Positions 1 to 13,400 of a stretch of 64,000 nt of DNA are shown piece by piece. The notes beneath the pieces were generated by a model. The model searched no databases and had not been told where the DNA came from. It worked only from the letters and a program-made list of their open reading frames with translations. Where the stretch lies: NCBI GenBank assembly GCA_977030845.1, contig OZ365113.1, positions 30,566,001-30,630,000 of the forward strand. The letters run 5' to 3'. The position numbers and the translations under genes are program-made. Within the stretch, counting starts at the first letter, position 1. Each line of letters opens with the position of its first letter. This stretch comes from Fimbriosthenelais zetlandica (Eukaryota).

Positions 1-1413
1 TCAGGGTGGTGTTTTGGGTCCAGGATTAGAAATGTTGTCTCAAGCACATGGATATCCAGACGTAAATAGTGGGGGAGTGGTTAACCCAGTTTTCCTCTAG
101 GTTGGATGGAATACTTCAGACATGTTGAATGTTATGATATCATTCTTATCCAAAATATACACCTAGTTTCCAAGGATACATCTTTAGGGGCTGCTTCTTA
201 TCCCCATATCTGATGGATATCTATTGATAAACAAAATTGAAATGTCGAGATGTGTCAATGCAATATTTCTGCAGATACCAAGATCATTCTAGATGCGACT
301 GGCCTTGGATACTTCACAATAATGGCCTGAATGTTTATAAAATGAATCAAAATAACAATTCTTCTTCTTGTATTTTGATTCAGAATTCCATATAAATTTG
401 TTCGCAGTCCTTTCATGGATTCAGGCCCAGTCCTCTTGTCATTCATCAGGAAATCTGCAGATTACTATTGAACTGCTGTTACTTTCTTCAATCCAAATCC
501 ACCTTGATAGGACAATTGATATCTGATCTAATGTCAGAATATAACTGATTTCTGTGTTGCTAATAGCAATATCTATCCTAATCATGGCATTCCAATTGGA
601 GAATCCCCATCATCAGTATTATTGTGGACTACCGCAGATTCACTCTGGATTCCAGTATCCCTTCTTCAGTCAGTTGCCACAGAGCCTGCCTTACCCTACC
701 AACCCTAACCAGGGCTATGCCTCTGCTAACAAACTGAGGCTAAAACAAGCCACTCGTAAATACAAGCGTCACAAATCGTGTGACACTAAATGGTCGTGGA
801 GTCACTATGCGTATTGTGAGGAAGCACTTTGTGATGGTATCAATAAAATAGATTGTAGACGTCATAACACTCAAGACAATCTAGCTGGGCTACAATGGAA
901 TGGCAATACTTACTATGGGAATACTACCATTGGCAATATGAGATCTCTCTCTCATCCAAATGGACACCCTTATCAATCTGCTCCTATACTTCAAATAGCC
1001 ATCTCAGGACTGAAGAGGAAACTTTCAAATGATTCTTCAATAGGTTCAAATCATAATCTTTTATTATCAAGATTCAAATGTATATAGAAAACCTTGGTAA
1101 CAGTTCTAATGGAATACAACTTTTGTTTTAGATACTGTAAAACAGTTTGATCCCAGGTGGTTCCAGATTTTTCAGTTAGCTCCCACAACCTGTGGTTTTG
1201 CCCAATCCCTTCCCAAATCGTTGCCTCACACATTGGCAAATTTTGATGTACAATATTATAGTTATTGCAAATGTAGTTTTCCTCTATCAACTCTGAACTC
1301 TGAACTCTCCACTTCTGACTCTTCTGTTACTTCTGAATATTTTCTCAATGAAAATGCTGCAATATTATACATGATCTTGATAGAAATTTAATGTATTTTC
1401 ATTACCTTTTCAG

Positions 1414-4400
1414 GAGAATTAGATGATGCTACAAGGGCAGCTAAGAAATCATCAGATGAGGCGAAACAACTGCAACTACAGCTCAGCGATGCGCAAAAGA
1501 CAGCCAAGGATCGCTCAGATGATGTAACCACACTGAGAGGTAGGTCATTCTTTATATCGGCACTGGATTTTGTACAACAAAAACGTACAGGAACACTCCA
1601 ATGGAATAAGAAATTTAGTTATTACATTAGTATTGATAAAGGCAGAGCATTCAGCCAACAGTTTGTTTCCAATCAACCAACAACTAGTACATTAGTACAT
1701 GCCCACAAACTTAGGCCTCGTTTTTTAATATTTTACACATTTAATTTATTTACTCATTCCTTCGTTTGACCTGATATCCAGTAGAAAACAATATATTGCA
1801 TGATAGAAATTTATTATGAAATGCAAGACTATAGGAGGAGAGATGTATTTTAGGTAGAAATCACGTAGTACACAAAGCCTTTCTCACTTCCACAGAACAA
1901 CTAAACAAAGCCGAATTTACCACCAAAGAAGTGAAGACACACATCTTGTCATTGCGAGGTAAGTGCTAAACATACTCCAAGCCCCCCTATACTGCTTTAT
2001 CTCTTTGTGCCAAGGTCTGCCAAATGAAATGACAATCAAAAATCTGATTTACGAACCACATTTGAGCTCCAATTAAACCAGAACTTGCGTAAAGCTATTT
2101 TTTGACCTGGATATCAAATTTTAAACTGCTTTTAATTTCTGAGGTGAATTCATTTGAGATTCTGGGTGCCAGAAATTCAGTAAACCCAGCACCCGAGGCA
2201 ACCAATATTTGGCCTGTGCGACCACTTTTTAACTGTGTGTGGTCTAACTGCATTGTGTGGGATTTGGCAGACCTTGTACACATATAAATCTATTTGTATC
2301 AGTCATCCTAATTACATGTGCCATTTAGTATTTAATGTTCCCCTTATCTCCATATATTCCCCAACACCCTTTTCCCCCTTTCTCGGTCATTGGTCCCAAG
2401 AGATTCTTTCTTTCTTCTCATGTGCACATCCAATATTATTCTTACTTTATAAATTCTTAGCTTTTCATGGCATCTTGTGCACATTGGTTGAAAGAGACAC
2501 TCTCTATTCTATTGAAAATATTTTACAAACATTCAAGAAAAAATATCCAAAATCTCAACTAAATCTTATCATGCTGCCACTTAGTTGTTATCAGTCAAAG
2601 TAGGAAATGTTGAAAGCATGTTGAGGACATTTATGAAAATAATTATAAAGATTTGTTAGAAATAGAAGAGTTGATTCATGCTTGGAGGTAGATATTCGAA
2701 ATTGCATGGTATTGAGAGTTGGTAGAAATAAATTTAATATTTGGCTTAAACTTAGTTTAAAATATCACAGGCTGTCAAAATTATGAAAATCCTTAGTGAA
2801 AATTCAAGTAGGCCACAGGGGGTACTGGAAGAAATACAAATCAAAACAAAAATATCGATTAATTTAATTTAATGCCTATATTTTGAATTAATTTAGAATT
2901 TAATTCAGAATATTTACTTGATGGTCCGAAACTTGACTCTATCCGGTTTGTCCATAATTATGGTGTGACTCCTTTTTTTCTATTGCGTCTTTCTAGCAAA
3001 ACCATTGCATTTATATATAGGCCTTTCCCCTATTATTAGAGCATATATATATATATTAATATCATACCCAGATATTATTTCTTGTTAAAAATTAGTTATA
3101 TTCACTAATTAAATGATTTGATACAAGAAATAATTTTGGGATAGGTCTCTCAGTAGATATATATACATTTGTCTCATTCATTATCATATTGATTGGGTAT
3201 TTTGTATACTTTTGGTTGGTTAAAGTTGGAATTTTGTTTGTTGAATACCTTTCACTGAAGTTTTTAGTTTAATCACTTTTTTTAGTTTAATCATTTCAAA
3301 ATTTTAAATGTTAGCCAGGAGAAAAGTCTCGCAGGGACTAATGAAGAAATAAAATGATTATGAGATTATATCATCTCTGGATTATGGAGATGATTTCTGG
3401 ATTTTTGGTGGTCTCTGGACGTCGAATGGGTGGATATGGACAGCTGCATGGAATATTTTTGTTTGAAGGGTGATTAGCAGCGATAGCCATTGTTTCTGAA
3501 AGGAAGTTGCAGTTCCCTAAATATCTTCATGGAAATTCATCTGAAATAGCGACCGAAATAGGCAGGTTAAAAGCCTGGATTTCCCACATACAGTCTCAAG
3601 TCCTTTTAAAAAATGTTTTATTTCAATTCAGTTTCATTCTAACTGAAAATATGAAGAAACATACAATCAGGGTTTTGATTTTGGACAGAGACAGTCAGTG
3701 CATCAGTCTTATTTAAAACTACGCCATAAGGATTAATGTGTTATATACTAGAGGTTAAAATAAATATAAAGTTGAGTGCATTTATATTTATAAAGGACAA
3801 CGTTTGTTTACTCAGTGGTCCCGAAACTTGACTCCAAGAGAAATAAATGTAGAAATAAGCAACCTATGCAATCTATTAGCAATATTCATTAAATCATGAT
3901 AAATTTGCTACGAGTGAAAACTTTGGATCCTTCTCAAATTTGTGAGGAATGATGCGAGAGTATCTTTAATGTTTAGGCTGAAATTTGACAAACAAATCAA
4001 ACAAATTAGGTCCCAGGAAGCGTAACCCCAAATGGAATGAATGTATTTTTACGTCCAAATCATTTCACTGTTTATTATGAACGTGTGTTCAAGTAGATCA
4101 TGAAAATACAGTCCCTTGTCCCCTAGTTACCAAAGAAAACCCCCTAAAAAAGAAACCCCTACTGTTGTGTCATGCACGCCCATTAAATCATGCACACTGG
4201 AAATGCACACTTTCACCAGCACAGAAATAATGCTCCAAATGAAAGGTCACCAAATTGGCAAAGTGCTCGGATGTAAATTGCATTAGCTGGCATTTCAACT
4301 TGAAAAGGTCATCACCACACAGCTATGTATTATATATATGTGCTTGAACGGACACCAGAATGGATTGAAAACTGAAGAATTGACAAAGAATCTGAAAAAT

Positions 4401-7400
4401 GGCTTGGCTCCGAAGAGTTGATAGAAATGTTGCACATACATGTATAACATGTATATGAATGGAAGTGTATATATGTAGGAATATTGTATGATGGTCACTC
4501 TACATGCTTGTATCATATAGGGAAGGTTTGACCATGTATATTTGAAGATGGCTACTGACCAAAGGGACACTTGCTTACTTGTTGGTTCACAGAGAAACAT
4601 TTGAGTTGCATGCTGGTGTTTGGATGCTTGGTTTCTCTCGTTCTCTTCTCTGTCTCTCCGTCTGGCTTTTTGCATGTCACTCCTGTGGTATCTCCTGCAT
4701 GTGGTATCCTAACAATCCCTGTATCGTCCTGCAATTTAGTGGCTCCAAATTGTCATGTAAAAGTGAAATAACCTACTGAACAAGTTCAGGGGTAAATAGG
4801 GCTTTTAATCAATATCTCTCCTCTTTGACCCATTGATTGAAAGGTTTCATTCACTTGTGTAATATTGTAAAAGCATTTCTAATATTTTTTGCCCTGTACT
4901 TATTTTCTTAATTCTTTTTTAATATGGGAGCGCTGTAATTTTTCATTTTCACAATGAGTAAGTTTGGCATCATGTAAAATATTTTAGAAGTCAGAATTCT
5001 TCATTATTATTTTTATAAAGCCATGGGCAGATACCTTTAGGCAAGGTTTCAACCCCGATATTTGTACCTTTTAGAGAATATTTCGGATTGTCGAGGTAGT
5101 ATTTGATTGGGTATTCTATATAATTCAGTATCTCAGGTGTTTAGATAGGTATAAGCCTACAACCAGTTTTGGGCCATCAGTACCTCTCTGTGACCTACCT
5201 TTGAGGTTGTTTTTAGTCCATTTGTCCATCCCTTTCTCGATCCCTTTTTTGCTCTTCTTTTCGGAGAATCCTTTTCACCATCTCTGTACCTGCATCTGCC
5301 GTCATGCCTACCAAGTGCTACAAACTGCTACCAAGCTGGCCATACTGTCAAAAAAAATTAGAACTTAAAAAAATCGAATCAACCTACTCCTGCTCTAGAT
5401 TCTAGCTGCCTCTCACTACCATACTTGTGACTTTCTACAATTAAGTTTTAGATGATTAAGTAATTAAAATTGCACAATAATTGACTAAGTATATTATCAT
5501 GTATTTGGAATATATCTGTAACATTGAAGATGAATTTCTTATCACAATGGAAGGATTAACACACACAATTCTGGCACATATTTCTAGCGGTCATGTATAT
5601 TTAGGCATGTTTGCACATTTAATTTTGGACATGGAATTTTGTCTTTATTGCTGTGCTAGCTTTAAATGTATAAGCTCAGGCGACAAAAAAATGGACGTTT
5701 AGTTTGCTTGGTGGCACTGTCTCCGCACGGTCGGCATGGCAAGGGTGTAGTGGTGTTGACACTAAGCAACCCATCGGCATTAAAAAGATTCCTGGGCAAA
5801 ATTACGATATTTTTATCCCAACTTCATACTTTAAGGCTTATAGCTGGGTATTTTTTGCTTTCACTCTTTAGAATTTAATTTTTAACGTCTTAAATTTAAC
5901 CCTTTCCCCAAAAAATACCCTTTAAATATAATGAAATTTAATTTTAATACATATATAAAATGTTTCTATAAATGTCAATGTATATAGGCCTACTTACTGC
6001 CATGAAGATTGCCTAATTTAAGTCGCAGACATGGCACAAAACCACCTTTGATTCATCGTATGACCTTTTTGCTAAGAAGAAAGCCTAATTTGCATACAAT
6101 TCATTAAATGCCCTTATCAACTAAATTGCCAGATAACTGTTCATTCATTATTTGCCTTTACCATCATGAACAGGGCTTAAATTACCAACATAGTGTAAAA
6201 CATACATATGCCCTTCTTGTCTAAATTGCCTGTATGGTACAAAATTGGTTTTCATTCAATATATATGCCCTCGCTATGAATATGGCGTAAATACCCATTT
6301 ATTAATTTTATGCCCTTATTACCATAAACAAGGCCTAAATTGCCAACATAGTGTAAAGTGTATACATGCCCTTATTGCGTAGAGTTCCAACATTGTGTGA
6401 ATGCCCATTTCTTGTCTGCCCTTGGGTTGTGTATTAGTGTGAGCACGGCCCACCAGGCGGTGTGGTGTGGTGAGTGTACTAACCACCAGGTGTCACTCTG
6501 TGTCAGATCGCCTTCTGGAGGAGCAGGAAGTGACGAAGAAGAACAATGAGGATGCCGAACGTCTGCGCAGTGAGTCTCATGTTTGGCGAATTGGTATGAG
6601 TGTGCAGGTCACATGGCATGGATAGCGGGTCATATGACCTGTAGCTGGAAATCTTCACTTAATGCCTGAAACGCTGCAAAAGGGGGCGCCACAAACTACA
6701 GCAACGGCTCTCTTCAGCTTTTTAAAATTAATGTCAAAATATGTACCTGAAAATTATACATTGATTAGTCTCGGCCTTTAATATATGATCCTCTTGGATT
6801 CTTTTTTAAGTTGAATTTAAAAATGTTTTTGTAGGTTTCTAGGTGTGATAGGGTGGTGCATAAGTGTGATGGCAACAATTAGGTGCAGGACACAACATTT
6901 TAAAATTGAGATTTAACTTGCCAGATGAGAGCGAAATTTGTTTCTGTTTGGATTTTGTCTCATTGGATCAGGATTTGGCAGCACATGGTGCATTTTACCA
7001 TATGTTGTAATCTCTCCAAATCTTCCCTTAATCCAAACTTGTGTGCACCGAATGTAACAAAACATTCCCCTTTAATAAGTGGTCTCAGTCATATTGTAGA
7101 TGAATTAAGATAATTCCAAAATTGGACCATAATAACTCGGCAACCTTTTTGTGGTTGTGAGCGATAATTCCTGATTTGACTGACTGACTTCTTCCGTGAA
7201 AAAAGCTATGGCTGCCCTAAGCTAATATCGAATACTACCCCTTTATAGACAGGAACATTATTAGCATCTTGCTATATGTTGCAATGCTATTGAATTATAA
7301 TATGAGATGGAATTTGTTAACTTTTGGGTGGTTTTTACCTGTCAAATACCTCTTTACCCAAAGCTAATCCATGAAGTATCCCTCCATGCTTCCAGTTCCT

Positions 7401-10400
7401 ACCCTAGCTGTTTTAATTTGACTTGTACATCATGCTATGCTGACGCCCTATCAATTCTTACATGAAGTTTTGTAAATCATTGGCTTGAAATTTAGATTTT
7501 ATAGCCTACAGTTTAAACGTACCCTCCAAAGCTCCTTCAATAATGATAATAGTCATGGTCGCATAAGTAATCCCTGTGGTACACCAAGTCTGTAGCCCTA
7601 TTAGTTGACCCTAGGTCTTCGACCATTTGTTGAAATGGTTCATATTATTATCCAGGTTTGAGTAATCTCAAGACCACTTCAAGCATAATACTATATGACT
7701 CCTCCCTCTTTTTTTCTGGAAAAAATAATTGACCTTTTCCAAATTATTCCAATATTTTTCTTCAAACATCACTGCTAGGTTTTTAAGGGAATCTTGCCAT
7801 TGTTGTCGAGGCTTTAAGTGGGGAACTTGATGAAAAAAGTGTAGCAGAGAGAGGGTCCTTTTGTCTCTTTAAGTGATAGCAGAAGTGATGGGGAAATGTT
7901 TAAATAAAGGTTGTTGTCCATGTCCTTGTTGATCTGGGATGCCTGAGATTTTAAATGGTTAAAGCCCCTCGTCCTTCCAAGCACCCAAACTTGACATAAC
8001 ACTCCTCGACTGAGAAATATCCTATATTTACTTGATGCGGGCGTGGGGTGGGGATTTGCAGGTGTTCTCGGTATTTAAATATTAAAGTAATTTGACAATC
8101 AGTTCAAACTGGTCCGCCTTAGCTAAGGTAGATAAACTGATTTTTGAGTCTAAGAGGTTGTTAAAATAATTGATTCTTTTATTATAATATTGGGCCTAGA
8201 GACATTTATTTTTTCCGTCCTGTATCTTAGATTACCCTTAGACTTTAGAGTTAGCAACCGAAAAGGTTCCCAAAAGCTCCCCAGTTGTGATCATTTAACA
8301 AATTTATATTAAAAAAATAGCTGGCCTTAGTTAGTCAGATCTTAGTCTACATTTCCAGATTTTATATTGTAGACTTGCAATCAAAAAGGATCATTTCTAT
8401 TTTCTCTATCTTTATTAACTACCTAGGTACCGGTAGTTAAAGCTAGGGGCCCTATTTTCTTTTGAACAAATTAATTTTAAAAAGCCACTGGTCAGCAGAA
8501 TATTTAAGTATAGAAATTCGTATAAGAAAACAAATGCCAATTAAATGCAGTTTCTTAATTGATTTCAAAACTAACTCCTGATTATTGAATTATAATTATT
8601 GGTTGATTGGATTTATAGATTAACCAATTTATAGATTAATTCATGCTGCAAACCAGGACAAATTTCACCCCCTTGATTTTGATTAAGTGATACAAACCTG
8701 TGAATTTATAATTTAAAATCTGGATATAGAAACTACCCGATATCCAAGATTAAACTTCGTATATAAACAAGTAATTGAGACTAACTTTTTAGGATTATCT
8801 TGTACCTTGTTAGAGAGATAGATTGTTATGTGTTTTTGATTATGAAGTTAATTATGTTTAGGAGGATTATATTGTACAGTATTATTAGCAAATTATTGGT
8901 CTTAAAATCTCAATCTGTGCATCATTGTTCAGATTGTCCGAAATTTTACTGTTCTAAGCAGTAGAGACTATTATAAATTACTGTGCTAAACAGTACAGAC
9001 CATTGGAAGTTACTGTGCTGGATTGTACAGTATTAAATATTACTGTGCTAATTTATAGTACAGAACTTTGATAATCACTACCGTGCTAATACTACAGACT
9101 ATTGAAAATAACTGTACTAAATAGTGCAGGATATTACTGTGCTAATGGCACAGATTATTGAAAAAGACACTTTCTAGCTAGCATAGTATTCTGTGAATTA
9201 CTGTGCTACATAGAGCAGGACATTGAATGAATATCCACAATTACTGTGCGAAATAGTACAAAAAATGTAAAGACTATTGAGTAATTAGTGTGCTAGATAG
9301 TACAGAATTATTGAAAGTTACTGTGCAACATAGTGCAAACGGCTGTGTGAGATAGTACAGTCAAGTAACTGTGCTGGATAGTACAGAAAATTGAAATTAC
9401 TGTGCTACATTGTACAGTAGCCTGAATTCAGTCACTTGTAGTGGAATCGGCACCTTTACCCACCCGTATATCAAGATATGAGGACACTCCATGTAGCATC
9501 GAGTGTTTATTGTGTATACTAGGGCAACTAGGAAACAAACCAATTGTTGTAAATTTCACAATTGCTATCTGGTCTTAGGGGAAATTGATTCTTCTCATTG
9601 AGTATAGTTGTGAAAAGAAAATGGTGGATTTTCTCCCAAATATGTGATCATGTTCAGCACTTATTAGAAAATTCCATTAAGGCTGCTAAAGTTATCTGTT
9701 AGATTATTCTGGAAAAAGAAGGAATTTTTTTTAATGGTAACAATCTATTAGAAGGAAAGAAGACTTTTCATTTTACCATGTCAGTGCCTTTTCATGGACA
9801 TTTTTTGGTGATTCTAGACGAAATGAGAAATAATATTTCTATAATGGGGGTAGATTTTCCTCATTTTCTTTCGTAGAATCTTCCTGTGTACATTGGTAAC
9901 CCCTACCATGAAAAGATTGACTGTTATTCCATGTTCTAAAAATACCAGGGTTGACGGTTAGAAACCAAAGGAGCTTGGTCAACTGAATCTATGTATACCA
10001 CAACCAAAGCTGGAAGAGGAAAAGTGAAAAATAAAATCGAAAATAGAGAGCAAACTTTCAAAAGTATTTTTGTGAATGTCCATCCTTTACGCACACACAT
10101 ACAAGTATACATAACCAAAATTTCGTTTTCGCTTGATTGTATGTCTCTGTGGTGTGCATTGAGAGGGATGGATGGTAAAATTGAATGTCAACCTATGCCC
10201 AGGACTTTTACTTCTAGATTTAAGATTGGGGTATTTTCCATTACCGCGAATAACCTTACCTAAATTAAGTCATTCTATGATTGATTGATTCATTGATTGA
10301 TTGGCTCATTTTTCCTTGGCATAGGTCAATTTGTACTTCTGAAAAATTACTTTTGGCCCCTTTTTATATTTTTAGCAATGTTCTCATTGTTGCTTACATG

Positions 10401-13400
10401 AGATATTTATGTTTCATTTTTTGGACAGCTCCTCTTGTTTCAATTTTTGACCCTGGTCAACCACATGCTTGAGTCTGTGAGTTGCATGTTGTATATTTTC
10501 ATTCTCTTTAAATTGTTGTAAACACTTTCTCTGAGTTTTTGTGTACCCTCTTGCATGTCCCTTTGGAGTACTTGATCCATTTCTTCCTGAATTACTTATC
10601 TGTCAATGATGAAACTTTTAGATTATCCTTTTGAGTCTAAAATTTAACGGGCTGTTTTAAGTTTAATTAATGATTTCCTGAATTTATATTCCGTGAAGCT
10701 GCTCAGAATGAATTTAGAATGCCCACCGAATGATCATCAAGCATTATCAATAATTGATCATATATTATTTTGGGTAAAAAAAAGTGATCCGATTTGATCG
10801 AGAATACACAAAATTATATATTTTCATCCAATTTCTTTTTTGAGCAAGACCTGTCGATAAAAATATTAATCTCAGACAGTTGGCTTAAACAAAACAAAAA
10901 AAACACAAATATTGCAGTCCTTGAAAAAGGAAACATTCTAGCGTTCATTCTCCATGAAAATCATCCAGTCTAAATTGCATTAACATAACCTGAATTATTC
11001 ATACATCAAATTTATAACTTAGTATTGAATGAATATTTTACCATTCCGCTGAAAGTGATCAGGAGTTTACTAAACTTCTTGACAGAGTTTTATTTATTGG
11101 CAGATAACGCCGTCACATATTAATGAGATGTGTACAATTACTTTGGAATAAAAATGTCAGTGTATTCAATGTAAATGTTGTCATTTTATTTTCTGTTTCA
11201 TATTTTCTGTCCTTCGTTAAGCCCATCATTCACTGTACCGATTTTAGAGTTGATCTCCAATCAATGTAACCCAAAATCGGTTGTAGATTTGGGTAGTTCT
11301 GACCATATTAAATTACCATAATATGACCAGACCCCGTCTTCTGCGGCCTATTTTGACAAGATCGACACTAAAATTGGCCGAGTGGATGTAAGCCTTCACT
11401 TTGTTGTGCCCATGGTCAGTAACCACACGGATATTCAGTTAGACCTGCACTTTGATATTGTCTTTCACCTTATTTACGCACTTAGATTTGACCGTCAAGC
11501 ACAAATAATAGTCTACTCCCTTCCCGTGTATCATTGTACCTTCAATATGATGCTACCAGTAGACATCATATATATGCTCCCAATTTTGTGTCTCATTGAG
11601 TATGATTCTTTTGTTTTGAGTGCGTTTTGTGATGTGGTTTTCTCTTGGATATGAATGTTACAAAAACAATTGAAAAAGTACCAGGTACAGGAAGCCAAAT
11701 TTGGATCCAAGACCGTTTTGATTTGTGACACAGTGTCCTAAATATGATGTGAAATGTTGTCAGATGCAATTGTCAGATTTCACATACACATTCCTGGGGA
11801 GGACTGAGTTGGGAAAATAATTATGCCGTGTAAGTGAAAACGGTGTGTCTCAGATTGTGTCAAAATGAGAGAATGTGTGTCTAAAGTTTCTGCATCAGAG
11901 GTCTGCTGAATGTCAAATGTTGGTATTAAATCTACTGTAGCATTACAACATTTACGACTCTCGCAATGTCGCAAACGAATCCAAGTTTCCTCTGTAAGTC
12001 TGCGGCTACTCTCTGAAGTCTGTGCTCCATGAAGTGAGTGTTAATAGTCGCAGGCAGTCATATGCGATCTGCAACTGTCCTTGTAGTTTCCATACAGTTG
12101 TAAGTTGGATTTGCTGACAAAAAACCCTAGTACCATAATAATTTAGCCAGAGACGTTAGAAATATCCATGGGAAAGGTGACATTTTACTCTTATTGTAAC
12201 AAGTTAATCAACATTTTCTGTGTGTCTAATGTTTGTCCTCGTGTGTTAACTTATGCTAAATACTTGTTAATGCCAAGAAAAACTTTAATTATAATCGGAA
12301 AGCCTTAGGAGCAGCTTAAAATTGATATAATAACTAATAACTTCCACATATCTCTAAATGGGGAAACTCGGTGGGGAAACTATAATCATTAAGTTTGAAT
12401 TGTCCAATTTGATCTACTGAATTTCGTACTGGGAGCTTGAATGAACATTTAAAATCTAAAATTTCGTTTGGAAATTCCGTGAATTTTGTGAATTCCGATT
12501 AGTTTCATTGAGTCACCACTGGAGTCAAGTTTCAAATGGATTTAAATTAAATCTTAGCTTCTTTACAGCTGCTATTAAGACTAAAAATTTAATAATTTTA
12601 GTCAGAACTTTTGATACTTGGAGCAACCATACCATAACATTGCAGCAATTTTACAATACAACAAACAAGCTATGCCATAACATTCATTTTTCATTCAACC
12701 AAATACATAATAACTTAGTTTAATTTAGTAGTCTACAGGAGACTCATTAAATATACACTTTCATTGAAGAAATTTCTGCTTGGTTCACTAAATGTTTTCT
12801 ACTTCTGTAACAAGGGCAAAGACGTGGATTTTAAAGGTTTGTTTTTGTTGAAATTCACTAACCAACAAACGATTCCTTTCTAGAACAATTAAATGAGGCC
12901 CAGCAAAGTGCGAAGCAAAGTAAAAATGAAGCTGAACTATTAAGAAGTGAGTTGTACAAGTTTTGTTTATTATATGATTCATGCATTTCTTTATTCGCTT
13001 TTCACCATTTGCTTCTTTCATAGTTGTATTTGTATTACTTTAAAAATATTTATGGGTCCGGCAACAGGTATCGGTGGATAGTTGGAAAGAAATTTCAGAG
13101 AACTTTATATTGGTCAGGAAAATAAGTATATGTTCATTATTTATGAAAATGCTATCCAAATATTTAATTGATGAAAACTTTTAAGCCAGTATTTTTCGGA
13201 ATTTGAGATAAGTATGTAGGTTAAAACAAATTTAATCCATAGTAACATTGAAACTTTCATTAGGCCTATTTTCATACAAATTTTATTAGAAGAAAAGTTC
13301 ATACTTTTGGCCAGTATGTATTATATTAGAACAAATTATACAAAAGTTAAGGAATGTCAAAAATTCTATGGTAAATTTGCAAAGGCGACTGTTTTACAGT

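Noticed and set aside
1-1290. 177-aa ORF at 554-1087 and an RT-like QGGVLGP at the window start
   Set aside because: No recognisable domain, and I could not extend the RT motifs (no YADD). At most a highly decayed LINE inside a SLMAP intron; a translated search against a TE library is needed.
7500-8000. LGVPQG on the - strand near 7580, resembling the RT motif GVPQGS
   Set aside because: It is followed at once by a stop and has no other RT motifs. Too weak to call.
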